This document shows, piece by piece, positions 10,901-22,900 of a stretch of 64,000 nt of DNA. The notes beneath the pieces are model-generated. The model was not told the origin of the DNA and searched no databases. It worked only from the letters and a program-made list of their open reading frames with translations. The translations under genes and the position numbers were made by a program. The DNA lies in NCBI RefSeq assembly GCF_016432865.1, contig NC_067401.1, forward strand, positions 109,864,001-109,928,000, read 5' to 3'. The stretch's first letter is position 1; each line of letters starts with the position of its first letter. Origin of the DNA: Antechinus flavipes. Taxonomy: Eukaryota.

Positions 10901-13900
10901 AACTGTGCATATCCTTTGACCCAGCAGTGCCCTTACTGGGTTTGTATCCCAAGGAAATCATAAAGGGGGGAAAAGGACCTACGTGTGCAAAAACGTTTGT
11001 AGCAACTTTTTGTGGTGGCAAGGAATTGGAAAATGAGTAGCTGTCCATCAATTAGAACAATAGCTGAACAAGCTGTGATACACGAAGGTAATAGAATATT
11101 ATTTTTCCATAAAAAATGAACAAGCCGATTATAAAAAGGCCTGGGAAGATTTACATGAACTGATGCTGAGTGAAACAAGCAGAACCAGGAATACATTGTA
11201 TACAATAACAGCAAGAATGTGCGATGATCAACTATGAAAGACTTGGCTCTTCTCAATAGTTCAGTGATCCAAAACAATCCCAATAGATTTTGGATAGAAA
11301 ATGCCATCTGCAACCAGAGAAAGAACTAAGGAGAGTGAATGTAAACCAACACATGTTAATAAGTTCACTTCTTTTTTCTGTTTTTTTAATCTCTCTCATG
11401 TTTTTTTCCCTTTTGCTCTGATTTTTCTCTCCCAATGTAATTCATAAAACAATGCATATTAAAAATTAACTAAAAAAGAGAAAGAATGCCTCCCCTTTGG
11501 AAAATAATGAAGGGGAATAGTTATGGAAATGAAAGTGATATAAAAACAAAAGATAGCAATTTTTTCTTAACGACTGTGTAATAGTATTTTTTAAAAGGTA
11601 CCAAACTCTTGACCTCAAACACCCGCCTTCAAAAATCATTAACAGTAAGCAGAAACAAAAGAAATCAGAGCTGGCAAAATGGAAATCAGACCTAAAATTC
11701 TATTTATTCAGTCAACAAACATTTATTAAGGCATTGTGCTAAGTGCTAGATATACAAAAATAAGAAAAAGATAGCCCCTGCCCTCAAGGGCTTACAATCT
11801 AAGAAGAGGAAGATAACACAAAAAAAAAGGAAAAAGAAAATGTCTGGTGAGGAGCATGAGGGAGAAATTTAAAGGACTGCACCTAGCTGGAAAATGAAGA
11901 GATGGTTGGCCAAAGCACTTCCTTAAAAGAAGATTTGGGGAGAAGCTCTTCACTTCACAGTACTGCTTCATAACAGTAAGTTATTTCTGATATTTATGTA
12001 GTATTTTAAGGCATAGTGCTTTCTAACAGCATCTTATTAGATCTTCAGAGCAAACCTCCCTATGAAGTAGGCCCTGTAGATATTATTGCCATCATACAGA
12101 AGAGGAATAAGATTCAGAGAAGTTAAATTCAGAGAACTTACAAGTTTAAGAATGTATTTATCAGGGGTAGGATTAGAACCTAGGAATTTCCTGTCTCAAG
12201 ACCAGAATTGTGAATACATTATACTACCTCATTTGGTTCAAAAGAGGTGTTTGACATTTCTGGACATGGCCCAGGTGGGAATTATGCTAGATTATGATGC
12301 TTATTTGTTACAAAAGCTCTTTAAAGGAGAGGGGAAAATGCTTCTCAGTTGAAAAAATAATAAAAACAAAAACAAAACAAGTTCAGTGTTTAATAAATTA
12401 TTGTTAAGATGGTACCCAGACCAGCCATCTCTTTGTTTCCCTCCATTGGACTTCCCCATCACCCTCCACCCCGGGACCATTTGGAAAGATCCTTCAAGCT
12501 TTGATAATCACACCTCATCGATACCCTCTGTCCCGCTGATTGGAGGGCAAAGAGAAGAGTAACAAGTGGGTGAATGTCATTTGTAGGGTGATCCCTAGTG
12601 GAATGTCCACTTCTATAGTCCTTCACATATCTACTGAGAAGATGAATTTCATCACCAGCTGGACAGAAATTGTTACAGACAGTTGAACACCACTAGAACA
12701 GAGCTTGTTAGTTCTAATTAATCATAGCCTTTTAGTGGTGTTCTCTTTTAGGGATGTGACATGGTAAACAAAATAATGAATACTGTTCTAGACTGCATTG
12801 AGAGAGGCCTCTGGGCAAGACAAGAGGTAATAGTTCTTCTTTCTCTTTATTTAGATTATATATAGAACAATTCTCAGGAAAGATAAGAGAAAAAAACTGG
12901 AACAAATCTAGAGAAAAACAAGCATCTGAGTCACAGGACTAAAGAATACGCCATAGGAGAATTGACAAAACTAGCCTGAAAAATAGTGAGCAAGGGAGAA
13001 AGGGTAGGGAGATAACAGTCTCCAAGCGCTAAAGGGCAATCATTTGAAAGAGGGATTAGCATTGTTCTGCCTAACCCCAGAGGGAAAAACTAGGCAAACT
13101 GTAGTCAGATTTAGCTAAATTTTAGGCTCAATGTAGAGGAAAATTTCCCAACAATTAGAAGTGATCAAAAGTAGAAATGGATTGGCTCAGGAGGGAGTAG
13201 ATTCTCCCTTCAAAAAAAAAAAAAAAAAGTAATTTAGTACCTACTCTGTGCTAGGCACTTTTACAGATATTATCTCATTTGATCTTCATGAATACCTGGT
13301 AAAAGTTGATGCATTTATCCCCATTTTACAGATGAGGAAAGTGAAACAGATTGAGGTCACTGAGGTGACTTGCCAAGGGTGACACTCAGCTGGTATATGT
13401 CAGAATCAGGATTTGAACTCTGGTCTTTCTAATTCCGAGGCCAGTTCTCTAATAGTTATGCACACTGCTTCTATGAAGGAGTGCTGCGCTTCTATTAATT
13501 TGGTTATTACACTCTTAGTGAAGTCCACTAATACCATCAGGTGGTTTATTTTTCTTCATGGGAAACATTTTCTGGCCATATCTCTTCCTGACCTGTACCT
13601 TGTACAGTTGATCCTTTTAATCCAAATGCAGAAGAATCTAGTTCAAGTCAATAATAAGCTCTCTCTTTTTCTACCCTCCTCTATTTTTATTTTTCATGGC
13701 ACTCTGTGTCACGAGAGCATTCTGTATGTTGGCTACAGTTAAACTTTTATACTCTTAGGAGGCAGAAAAAAAAAAAAAAACAAGCTATCGGAGCACAAGT
13801 AAATGGGTACCTTACTTGGCATGGCCCATTTCTGGAAGATGAGGAGATCTCACAAAACTCTTCCACATACAGTGCATTTCATAAGTCTTAATTCAGTGTT

Positions 13901-15307
13901 TAAGCTATTAAAGCTTATATAGTTAATTCCTAAATTAATCATGGTAAGAGAAGAAAGTGATTGTCTAGTCTGTGAATTCTCTAGGCCTCTTCTTCCTTCT
14001 TCCTCCAGACTAGGCCATCTTTGGCAATTTGACAATTTATTAGAAGATGGGCACAAGACCGAAGAGATGAAATTTAGATTCGTTTTTGTTCCAGTTCTGA
14101 ATCTCATCGCTCTGAAATATAACTCTAACATTTCTCTGAACATTTTAAAATTTCCCATGAGCCTTTACTTTGCGAGATAACATGATGAGGTGAAAAAGAC
14201 TCAAGTGAGAACTGGGCTTGATATTTATTGTACAACCATGGGCAAATCACTTCATTTCTCTGAAGCTCAGTTTTCTCATCTATAAAATGGGAATAACAAC
14301 CTATAGTAGCCTAATTCATAGGGTTATTGTGAAATCACATGAGATAACTTAGGATATCTAGCAGTTGGCAAATTTCAAAGTGTAATATAAATGTCAGCTA
14401 TTACTAATAAAGCCTTTCCTGCTGTGATGAAAGGTTTGAGGAATCATTTACGCAAAATAGTCATATTTTTCAATATAAACTATACAGTAAAATAGAATTG
14501 AAGGGAAAGGAAAGGTATTACCAGAAAATAGGAGGGAAAAGACTTGTTAAAATCTAGTTCTTTCAGAGTTTTTAATTCCAGATTTTGAACCTCCAAAGTT
14601 GTGATAGTAGGGAATGGGCACTGGTTCAATTTTAGACCATTCTAGGCCTCTAGCTTGACATTTCCCTTTCCAAAATGGCCTGAAGCCCACTGGGCTAGAT
14701 GAAAAATTTTCCATGAGAATTCTAAGGCACAAGCTATAGATAAACTGAAATGAGCAAACAGCTTTGTGAAGTATCTCACATCATGCAAATATATATTCAT
14801 TACCTACATATGCAACTTTGGCTTAGCTATGACAAATCACTTAACAAGACTTCACTCTTCCTTGCCTGTATACAGTCATGTTCATGGAAGTCTGGAGCAG
14901 TGTTTGTCTCAGACTTTCCACAGAATGCTATCTAGAGGTCACCCCAAGTCATCAGTAACTGGGTCCAGTCCACCTATACTAATGTCTAATGGCCTGAAAG
15001 TTATTAGCATGCATCTGGTGATCACTCTGTCAAGAAAACCTCCGAGTAGGTACACCAAGGAGGTTAAAAAAAAAAAAAAAAAAAAAGCACAAACAGTATC
15101 CTCTGGGGTATGATTATTTAATGGAGAAAACAAAGCAAAAGTAAAAATGTGCAAATAAACACAACAGAAAAAAATGTACATCCATCCAGCCGACAGCAGA
15201 TTAGATACCATTACTATGTAATGAAGAGGGCCTGGGACTCAAAAGAGGGGACCCATTCCAGGCCACTTACCTTTTCTTTTGGCAGAGTTACTTTTTGGCT
15301 TCTCCAT
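7962..15307 (-). CDS. TSACC: TSSK6-activating co-chaperone, 3 coding exons, 125 aa
   Basis: Minus-strand coding exons 15307-15271 (ATG..AAAG|GTAAGT), 9559-9440 and 8182-7962 (TGA). Both introns are phase 1 GT-AG; 378 nt in total. Translation [35 protein letters not shown]...[30 protein letters not shown]... matches the TSACC motifs [10 protein letters not shown] and [25 protein letters not shown]. Head-to-head with CCT3, as in human. Confidence 0.93.
8720..8950 (+). mobile_element. MIR-type SINE, representative of many (others near 640-740, 6690-6880, 13230-13470, 14200-14410, 26050-26220, 31590-31790, 42560-42960)
   Basis: CORE motif CAAATCACTTCACATCTCAGAGCCTCAGTTCCTCACCCTATAAAATGGGGATAA. 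Confidence 0.75.
10270..11565 (+). mobile_element. Older degenerate L1 3' fragment split by the younger L1
   Basis: L1-like ORF2 end and 3'UTR at 10270-10760, resuming after 11492. Confidence 0.6.
10765..11480 (+). mobile_element. 5'-truncated L1 (ORF2 C-terminus + 3'UTR) with 12-bp TSD, nested in an older L1
   Basis: Translation [13 protein letters not shown]...[14 protein letters not shown] is the L1 ORF2 C-terminal region; TSD AAAGAATGCCTC at 10753-10764 and 11481-11492. Confidence 0.9.
12745..13220 (+). mobile_element. CR1/L3 LINE 3' fragment
   Basis: CTAGACTGCATTGAGAGAGGC ... TTTAGGCTCAATGTAGAGGAAAATTTCCCAACAATTAG resemble CR1/L3 consensus motifs. Confidence 0.65.
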
Positions 15308-15329
15308 CTGATTAGCAAAGTTCTGGTTC
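15271..15329 (-). other. TSACC: TSACC exon carrying the start codon (5'UTR part 15329-15308)
   Basis: Acceptor GCTGTTCTTTCTCAG at 15331-15330; donor AAG|GTAAGT at 15270. Confidence 0.65.
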
Positions 15330-16299
15330 CTGAGAAAGAACAGCTGTATCACTGGCCTGGATAACGCATCACTTCTGTACTATTTCAAGTATTCTCATCA
15401 CAACTACATACAATTCTCAGTGAATTATGAACCCTCCTTTCCATAACCCTGATAGATGTTAGAGGCCATTTCCCCTGGGAGGGGAGCCACCACAAGGAGG
15501 ATATTGCATGTTTCCACATCAGTGACTATATCACAAAATCAGATATACATTAATTTTTTATATAATCTATTACTTAGGGAGTATCATTGCCTCACCTTCA
15601 CTCTAGGAACACAAATAATCCAGAGGTGATCGCTAGTACTACCTTTCTGCTTCTGGGCACAAGTATACTGATCCCAACCCAGATTTATAAGACTCTTGAA
15701 AAGAAAATTTCTGTAAATTAATCCCTACCTGTAGCTCTCCATGTCTTCCTTTATAGCTAAGAACTCTTGGATAGCTAACTTAAGACAATGTCACCCTTTC
15801 CCTCCTCTTCTATCCTACAAGAAAAGAGAAAATAGCGCTGCCCTACCATCTCCCCAACCATCTCTACACAGACTTTTCACAGGGAATAGGTCAGTATGTA
15901 GCAATAAAAAAGATCTGTGAGATTTCAGATTATTTAAACAGAGAACAGGGACTGGACCTGTGATTGTCATGGGAATCAGAGGAAATGACCTCCACTCTGC
16001 AGGTCAACACCTTATCTGCATTTTATAAACTTAAGAGAACTAAAATCCCCAGGAGGTTCAGTGCTTTGTCCAGCACCACTCAGTCACCATGTATCACTGG
16101 TGAGCTCTCTAATCACCTTGGCAGGCTGACTCTCACACTTCCCCCAAATAATACCTAGGACAGAGTTCCAAAGAGCACAAATAGATATACAAATATGATC
16201 TATCGCTATCATTTACTTTTACAGATGCCTGTACAAAAGGATTATAGAAGCACTCTGGGTTTGACACTTAGTAGCTGTGACCATGGAGTAAGTCACTGA

Positions 16300-18515
16300 A
16301 CAAATGAACCTCCACTCATACAATCACCTCCCCCCCCCATGCCTTCATCACATGACCAGGGGGCTAGTACACCACCTTTGAATTCATCCCTTCTTCAAGT
16401 ATCTCCCCACTCCAGTCCCTCCTGCCAAAGAGATCTGCCTCAACCACATCTGACCTCTCGTCCCATTACTGAAAAAACCCTCCAGTTGTTCCCTGTTTCC
16501 TCCAGGATTAAATAGAAACTATTCTATTTGTCTCTGAAAGCCCTTTTCAGCTGGTTCCTCCCAATTTTTTCAGTCATCTTACACTATTTTCTCCTTCATG
16601 TACTCTACAATCCTACAGTCTTGTAGCAGTTCATGGAACAATAACTCCACCTCCAGACTCCGTGCATTTTCACTGGCTGTTCCCCAAGACTTGGAATGTT
16701 CTTTTCAAGTTGCTAGGCAATCTTACTATGCTTCCTTCATCTATTCACTGTCTAGTTCTCCACAGCAGCTCTGTCCGTCCAACCCTTTCCATCCCTCCTC
16801 AAACCTTTCAGGGTTCCCCTCCTGCCATCCTCTCTGCTGCAATACTTGCCTTCCATTTTAAAGGAAAAAAAATTGAAGATATTCACCATGAACTCCCTCT
16901 TCTCACCTCTCTTCCTCATCTTCTATCACTCAGACACTTTCTGCCATCATCTCCTCTTTGCCCGTGTCTTATGATGATGTAGCCTTACTCTTTATCAAGG
17001 TTAATTCTCTATCTATTTAAGCACTTCCATTCCATCTTCTCTCCTCCAACAGACTGCCTGCTTTGTTATCTTCACTCCTAATATTTATTTTTATACTCTG
17101 GACCATTCCCTATTGCCTACAAACAGGCACATATCTTTCCCCAGCTTTACTTGATCTTTCTATCTCCATAATGTCCCATTCTCTTTTGCCCTTTAACTAA
17201 ACTCCTCAAAAAGATGGTTTGCAAGAGGCATCTCTACTTTGTCTCTTCTCACTTTCTTCTTAACCCTTCATAGTTTGGCTCCCCATCTTCTTCCTCTGAA
17301 ACTGCTCTCTCCAAATACACAAATAATCCCCCTTCATTGCCAAATCCAGTCCTCATTCTCCTAGCCTTCTCTGAAGTCTATGGCACTGTTGCTCCATCTC
17401 CCTTCCTTGATAACTCTTTTCTCTCTAGGTTTTTGGGACATTATTCTCTCCTGGTTCTCTTCCTACCTGTCTGACCACCCCTTCTCTGTCTCCTTTGCTG
17501 GATTTTCATACAAGTTATTCCCAAAGAAGATAGATATCTCTTCAGGATTCTAGGAAAGAATCCTAGACCTTATCTTCTCCCTCAATACCACTTCAATTGA
17601 AGATCTCATAAACTTCTGTGAATTTAATTATCATCTCTATTCTAAGGATTCTCAAATCTATATATCCTGCCCCAAACTCTCTGCTAATCTCTTATAGCTT
17701 CAATAGACATATTAAGCTAAACAAGTTTAAAAGAGAAATCGTCTTTCCCCTAACCCATCCTCTCCTCCCCACTTTTCCCTATCACTGAAACAGCTTGTGG
17801 GTGGGTCACCTTGCAAGAAGTGTCTCTCTACTCCAATCCATCTTCCATCCTCAATCACAGGTCTGACTCAATGAACAAATGTATTGCTTGGCATTTAAGA
17901 CTTTCCAGACGTCTTCCTTTTATTCCCAGCAACTCTTCAAGCCAATGACTCGGGCCTCCTGGATTTTAATTCCATCTCCCAAATCAGGGCATCTTCTTTG
18001 GTTGTCCTCCATCCCTGGAAGACCCTTTCTCTTCAATTCGCCCTGGCTTCCTATGAGGCCCAACTAAAATCCCATCTTTGAAGCCTTTGACCAGCGCCCC
18101 TTCATTCTAGTTTCTTCTCTCCATCAATGTTTTCCTACTTATTCTGTATACAGCTGGCTTTGCTTATGTTGCCTCTCCCATTAGCGTGTAAATTGCTCAA
18201 AGGCAGAATCTTTTCCCGCTTTTTATTTCTCCATTACTTAGCACGATGCTTGGCATCTAGTGGACACTTAATGTTTGCTAATTGATAATTATTCTCCTTC
18301 ACCTCGAAGCTTCCCTCAAGACAGCTCCAAAGCCACCTTCTGCCTTCCTCCTCCCTACCTCCAGGCGTAGCCTGTATGTGCACGGGTGTCTGCATATTGT
18401 CTTTCACATTCGAATGTGAGAGTCCCAGAATGGAGCGTCTCTGTTTTTGTCTCTCTCTGTATCCTCAGAGCTTAGCACAGTGCCTAGCATTCGGTGCTTA
18501 ATAAATATTTGTAAA
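16300..18515 (+). mobile_element. Cluster of L2 LINE fragments in the first TSACC intron
   Basis: Pyrimidine-rich L2 body (CTGAAACTGCTCTCTCCAAA) and 3' ends (CTTAGCACAGTGCCTAGC...TAATAAATATTTG). Confidence 0.7.
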
Positions 18516-18649
18516 CTATCTGCAAGATGAGCGTGCTCCAATTACATGTCTCCCAGGATTTTTGCAAGAAAAGTGCACTGGAACTTTAAAGTGGTATAAA
18601 ATTGTGAGTTATTACTGGTTATTACGTAAACAGCAATAGCCTAAGGAGG

Positions 18650-19900
18650 CAAAGATTCGGTCACAAAGCTAACCAGGCAACCAACTACAAATCCCAGAAT
18701 GTACCGGGATTGTACTATTATCCAGTCCTGAAAACTACAATTCCCATGTCACCCTGCGGCAAAACGTCACGTTTCCGTCTCAAGTGCCGGTTGACGTCCC
18801 CCACCCCCATCCCATTCCCTCACCTTTGCTGGGTTCGAACCGACTGATTGAAGGCTGTTATGTCTTCCTAGTTCTTCAGAGGCCTGGTAGAGCCGGAAGA
18901 GATGGTTCAGTTAACTCACCTGCTATGTAAAACAAAAGCATAAACCCTCCCTTCTTCCAGGGCCCCACCCAGGAGCTGTTGCGCTTGCGCGCTGATACAC
19001 CAACCAATCAACCGCCTGAGCTAAGGCGCCTGCGTGAAGAGCACTGGCATGCAAAAGTGTGCACGCGGCCCAGCCGGGAGAGGCCATAAAATTGCGCCTG
19101 CGCTTGTGCTGCCCCTCCCCTTCACTCGGTGATCTCTCTACCTAGCTTGTATAACCGCTCGGGCGAGAGAGGCGGGACCGCAGGTATCTATTGGCTTATA
19201 TTGGTGCCTGTCAATGAAACGTGTGAGGGGATTGGCGACGACACAAAGGACATCAAGTTTAGCTGTAAGGGCTGTAGCGGCATCGCTGCTTGGGCTCCGC
19301 AATCTGGCTCCATCTCCAGAAGGTTCCGCCGGTTCGCCTAGCTCCCGGTTCCCGGCTCCGCGCCGCCATGATGGGCCATCGCCCCGTGCTCGTGCTCAGT
19401 AAGTCGTGGGGGACTAGAGGCCGATCCGATGTGCCAGGCCGCCCTACAGCCTCCTCGGAGGGTCCTTGGTCGTCAGGAATCTCTCTAACCGATTTCTCAG
19501 CGCGTCGCTTCTTGTGTCCGTAGTAACGCCCGAATCTCCCGCGAATGCGGGGTCTCTGGCCCTGAAGGCACTCCCTCTTCTGCCTTACCTTCCCCCCGCC
19601 CCCCGGAGTTCCCTTCCACAAAGGATCCAGGACACCCATCTGGCTACCTTCATCCACCTCGATTCACTATGGCCACCCCCACGTGATTTCTGCTTTTTTC
19701 CCATCTCCCGCAACCCCCCACTTCGTTCCTGGGAGAGAGAGCCTGGGCTCTAGCCCTTGGATCGGAGACAACGAGGGCCGACCCCCCAAAGAAGCCCTAA
19801 GCTTCCCCGAGCCTCGGTTCTTCATCTGTTGAAGGAAAACTGCGTTCCGTACTATCCGCCCCCTGGGGCTCCTTGTGAGGAAAGTGATTTGTAAAAGTGC
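18650..19900. promoter_or_regulatory. TSACC/CCT3 bidirectional CpG-island promoter
   Basis: ZNF143-type ACTACAnnTCCCA at 18684-18696 and 18734-18746; half-CRE motifs (ACGTCA, TGACGT) at ~18764-18798; NRF1-like GCGC(C/T)TGCGC at ~18981 and ~19094; CCAAT/ATTGG at ~19003, ~19190 and ~19200. Confidence 0.85.
19313..19327 (+). promoter_or_regulatory. Heat-shock element (imperfect 3-unit) in the CCT3 5' region
   Basis: tCTCc-aGAAg-gTTCc fits nTTCn-nGAAn-nTTCn with one mismatch. CCT subunit genes are established HSF1/HSF2 targets. Confidence 0.55.
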
Positions 19901-22900
19901 TCTACGAGCTATTAATCCTCTCACATAGTTGTTCTTCTCTTTATCAATTCGCTTAATTTTTTCCCCATTCTCATTTGAGTTATAGAAACATCCCTGTCCC
20001 CAGTGTTCATGGGGCCCAGAGTTGGGCTCGAACCCGTTAGGAGTTGTGACCTCTACATATCTGTGACCTTAGCTTCGGTTGTGGCAAGTAGAAAGATTTG
20101 AAGGTATTAAATCCGTGTGACAGGTAGAATCCATCATTGGGACATGGGTCTAGAGCTGGAAGGAACCTTGGGAGTTCCCTATCAGGCACTGTCGACCACT
20201 GCCCTGGTCACTCCATACGATCACACTTGGAATGTGTAGTCTTTTGCTAGTTTTGGTGAATTATCCAGTCGAGCATTTTAGTACTGTTAAATAGGAAGTA
20301 ATCGTGTAATGTCATTGGAGTTTGATATGGTAAAAAAAAATAACCTCAAGCATATGAGGAGCTCTCCCAGAGAATGGGTTTTTTTCTCAGTGATATTGGG
20401 AAAGAATCTGGCTACTACTCCCTTGATATGTTAATGTTGTCTCCTAGATCAGAAGGTAAACTCTTTGAGGGCAGATTGTCTCAATTTTGTATTTTTAGCC
20501 CTAGCACTTAACACAATGCTCATCATGAATAAGCGTTCCACAAATACTTATCACAAGTGTGAAAAAACAAAGGCAATCATGAAATATTCAACTGTTTTCT
20601 TTTTTATGCATTTCAGGTCAGAGCACTAAACGAGAATCTGGAAGGAAAGTACAATCAGGGAACATAAGTGCTGCCAAGGTAATTTTTAAGTCCTTAGTTG
20701 TAGTTTTTAGTTTCAGTATTACAGTGTGACTTGATTACCTCTTTTACTTAATATTACAACGGGCCCTCAGATATATTTGAATGTTTTCTTACCTGAACAT
20801 TACAACATAAATCATCAAAGTCAAAGATGGTATGTGAAGTGAATGAAAACTAGTACTTTAGAAGACAAGTATGTATACATGTGGCAGATTGTGAATGGAA
20901 TGGAATACAGTCCCTTCCGTGTCTTAACTATGGGGAATATGAAGCTTAGGAAAATATTTCTAAAGGACCCCAAACTCATCTGCCATTTATTTCAGCTGTG
21001 CTTGTTGGATGTTCTTCTTCATTGACAAAAGCAGCTGTGGGCTCTTCTGTCTCACAACAGTTTGACATATGTTATTTTCCCCTCTTTCCTCCCTCTCTCA
21101 CCTCTAATGTCCTTGATTTCTTTTGTATATGGACTCCATATTAAGAAAAGTCCTAATAGTACAAATAAGCAATTGTTATACAACTTATCCATCACTTTTA
21201 TTAAACGCAAACAGACAATTTTTTAAGTCACATTGGATTTGCTTATCTATACCATTTTTCCCATCAGACGATTGCAGATGTCATCCGAACATGTCTGGGA
21301 CCTAAATCCATGATGAAGGTAAGTTTAGCTCTTTTATCAACACCCAAATTATTTTTTAATTGTCTGCAGTTTCTCCACTCCTAAGTGAACGTACATTACC
21401 AATGTCCTCTAATTTTGTCCTAGATGCTTTTGGACCCGATGGGTGGCATTGTGATGACCAATGATGGCAACGCCATTCTCCGAGAGGTTTGATTTTTATT
21501 TTACTTTCTTGTAGTTTCATAAGTGATCCAATATCAAAAATGGAAGATATTATAGCATGCTTTTCTAAGAAGATTCACTATGTGTACATTTTCCAGAAAG
21601 AGAATTTAAAGAATAGTTTACATAGCTAAGTAAAGATTGAATTCTACAAGAGATGTTGGGAATTGTTTTTGTCCTCTTCAGATTCAAGTCCAGCATCCAG
21701 CAGCCAAATCAATGATTGAAATCAGTCGAACTCAGGATGAAGAAGTTGGAGATGGTACTACATCAGTGATTATTCTTGGTAAGATAAAGGAAAATTACTG
21801 AAGGAAAACATAATACAATATTAATGAGTAAAATACTGTACACATATGTGGAAGTAACTTATTTAAATAAAGCCATTGTTTTCTACTTCACATAATATTT
21901 CTGGTGTTCTTAACTTTCAGAAGCCTTATGCACCATTTTGCTACACGATACCATTATATGAATTTCTATTTGGTTGCAGAGTTCTACCAAGATAATATTT
22001 TTTGTTTGTTTAACAAATTATTTTTGGACATGGCCAGAATGGGAATTTGTTTTGCTTTGACAATGAATGTTTATTATTAAAAAAAATTTTATTTTTTCAT
22101 TGAGGAACAGAAAGTTGAACAGAGAACATAAATGCTTGTTAATTTAAAAAACTGTTAAGAGAACAACTCAGAAAAATTGAATAAAAGCACACCTCATGTA
22201 GGAACTACATTCTTCTTCAAATTTTTTTATTACTTTACTATATTGCCAAACATGCCTCAAATTATATATCCACCTGAATTATCTAGTGTAATGATGGTTG
22301 AATTGGATGGAAATTTTTTAAGGACTCATCAAGGCTGACTGCATCTTTACTCTGACTCTACTCAGAATTTTACATTGATCAAGATCAGTTCTAAGCTTTA
22401 AGGAAAACTTGAGTGAGCTATTAGTAAAAGGGAAGCTGGATTTCACTATCAAAAGTAACTCAAAATCTGAATGGTTGAAACTACATCAGGGAAAGCTGAT
22501 CTTAGATGTCAAATACAAATTTCTGTCACTATTGGATGAATTTAAGATATAATTCACCTGAGAATTATAAGTAAGTTGACTCATATATGTGTGGTTTTGA
22601 TACCAATGATTTCAAGAGAATACTGGTAGTCTCAAAAAGTAGTATCATATTTGACAAGATAAACCCAGTTCTGTTTCATCTCAATCTCAATTACTTTATT
22701 GAATTTGACTCTGGTATGTGTCTCTTCTTTCCTTTAGCTGGAGAGATGCTGTCAGTGGCTGAGCATTTCCTAGAGCAACAGATGCACCCAACAGTAGTGA
22801 TTAGTGCCTACCGAAAGGCATTGGATGATATGATCAGCACACTTAAAAAAATCAGGTATTGGGGAAAGGGGTAATACACTGTGATAAATGAGAAAAATTA

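Noticed and set aside
10702-11040. 112-aa ORF with L1 ORF2 similarity (also 36451-36758)
   Set aside because: 5'-truncated, disrupted L1 remnants; recorded as mobile elements, not genes.
14009-14189. Plus-strand exon-like unit inside a TSACC intron
   Set aside because: Good acceptor but mediocre donor (GTGAAA) and no partner evidence; too weak alone.
18830-18842. B-box-like GGGTTCGAACC (similar motifs near 5070 and 20025)
   Set aside because: No A box at the right spacing and no cloverleaf; not tRNA genes.
20875-21070. Two hairpins with ANANNA and ACA boxes in CCT3 intron 2
   Set aside because: The boxes occur only on the strand antisense to the host gene and the hairpin sizes are atypical for H/ACA snoRNAs.
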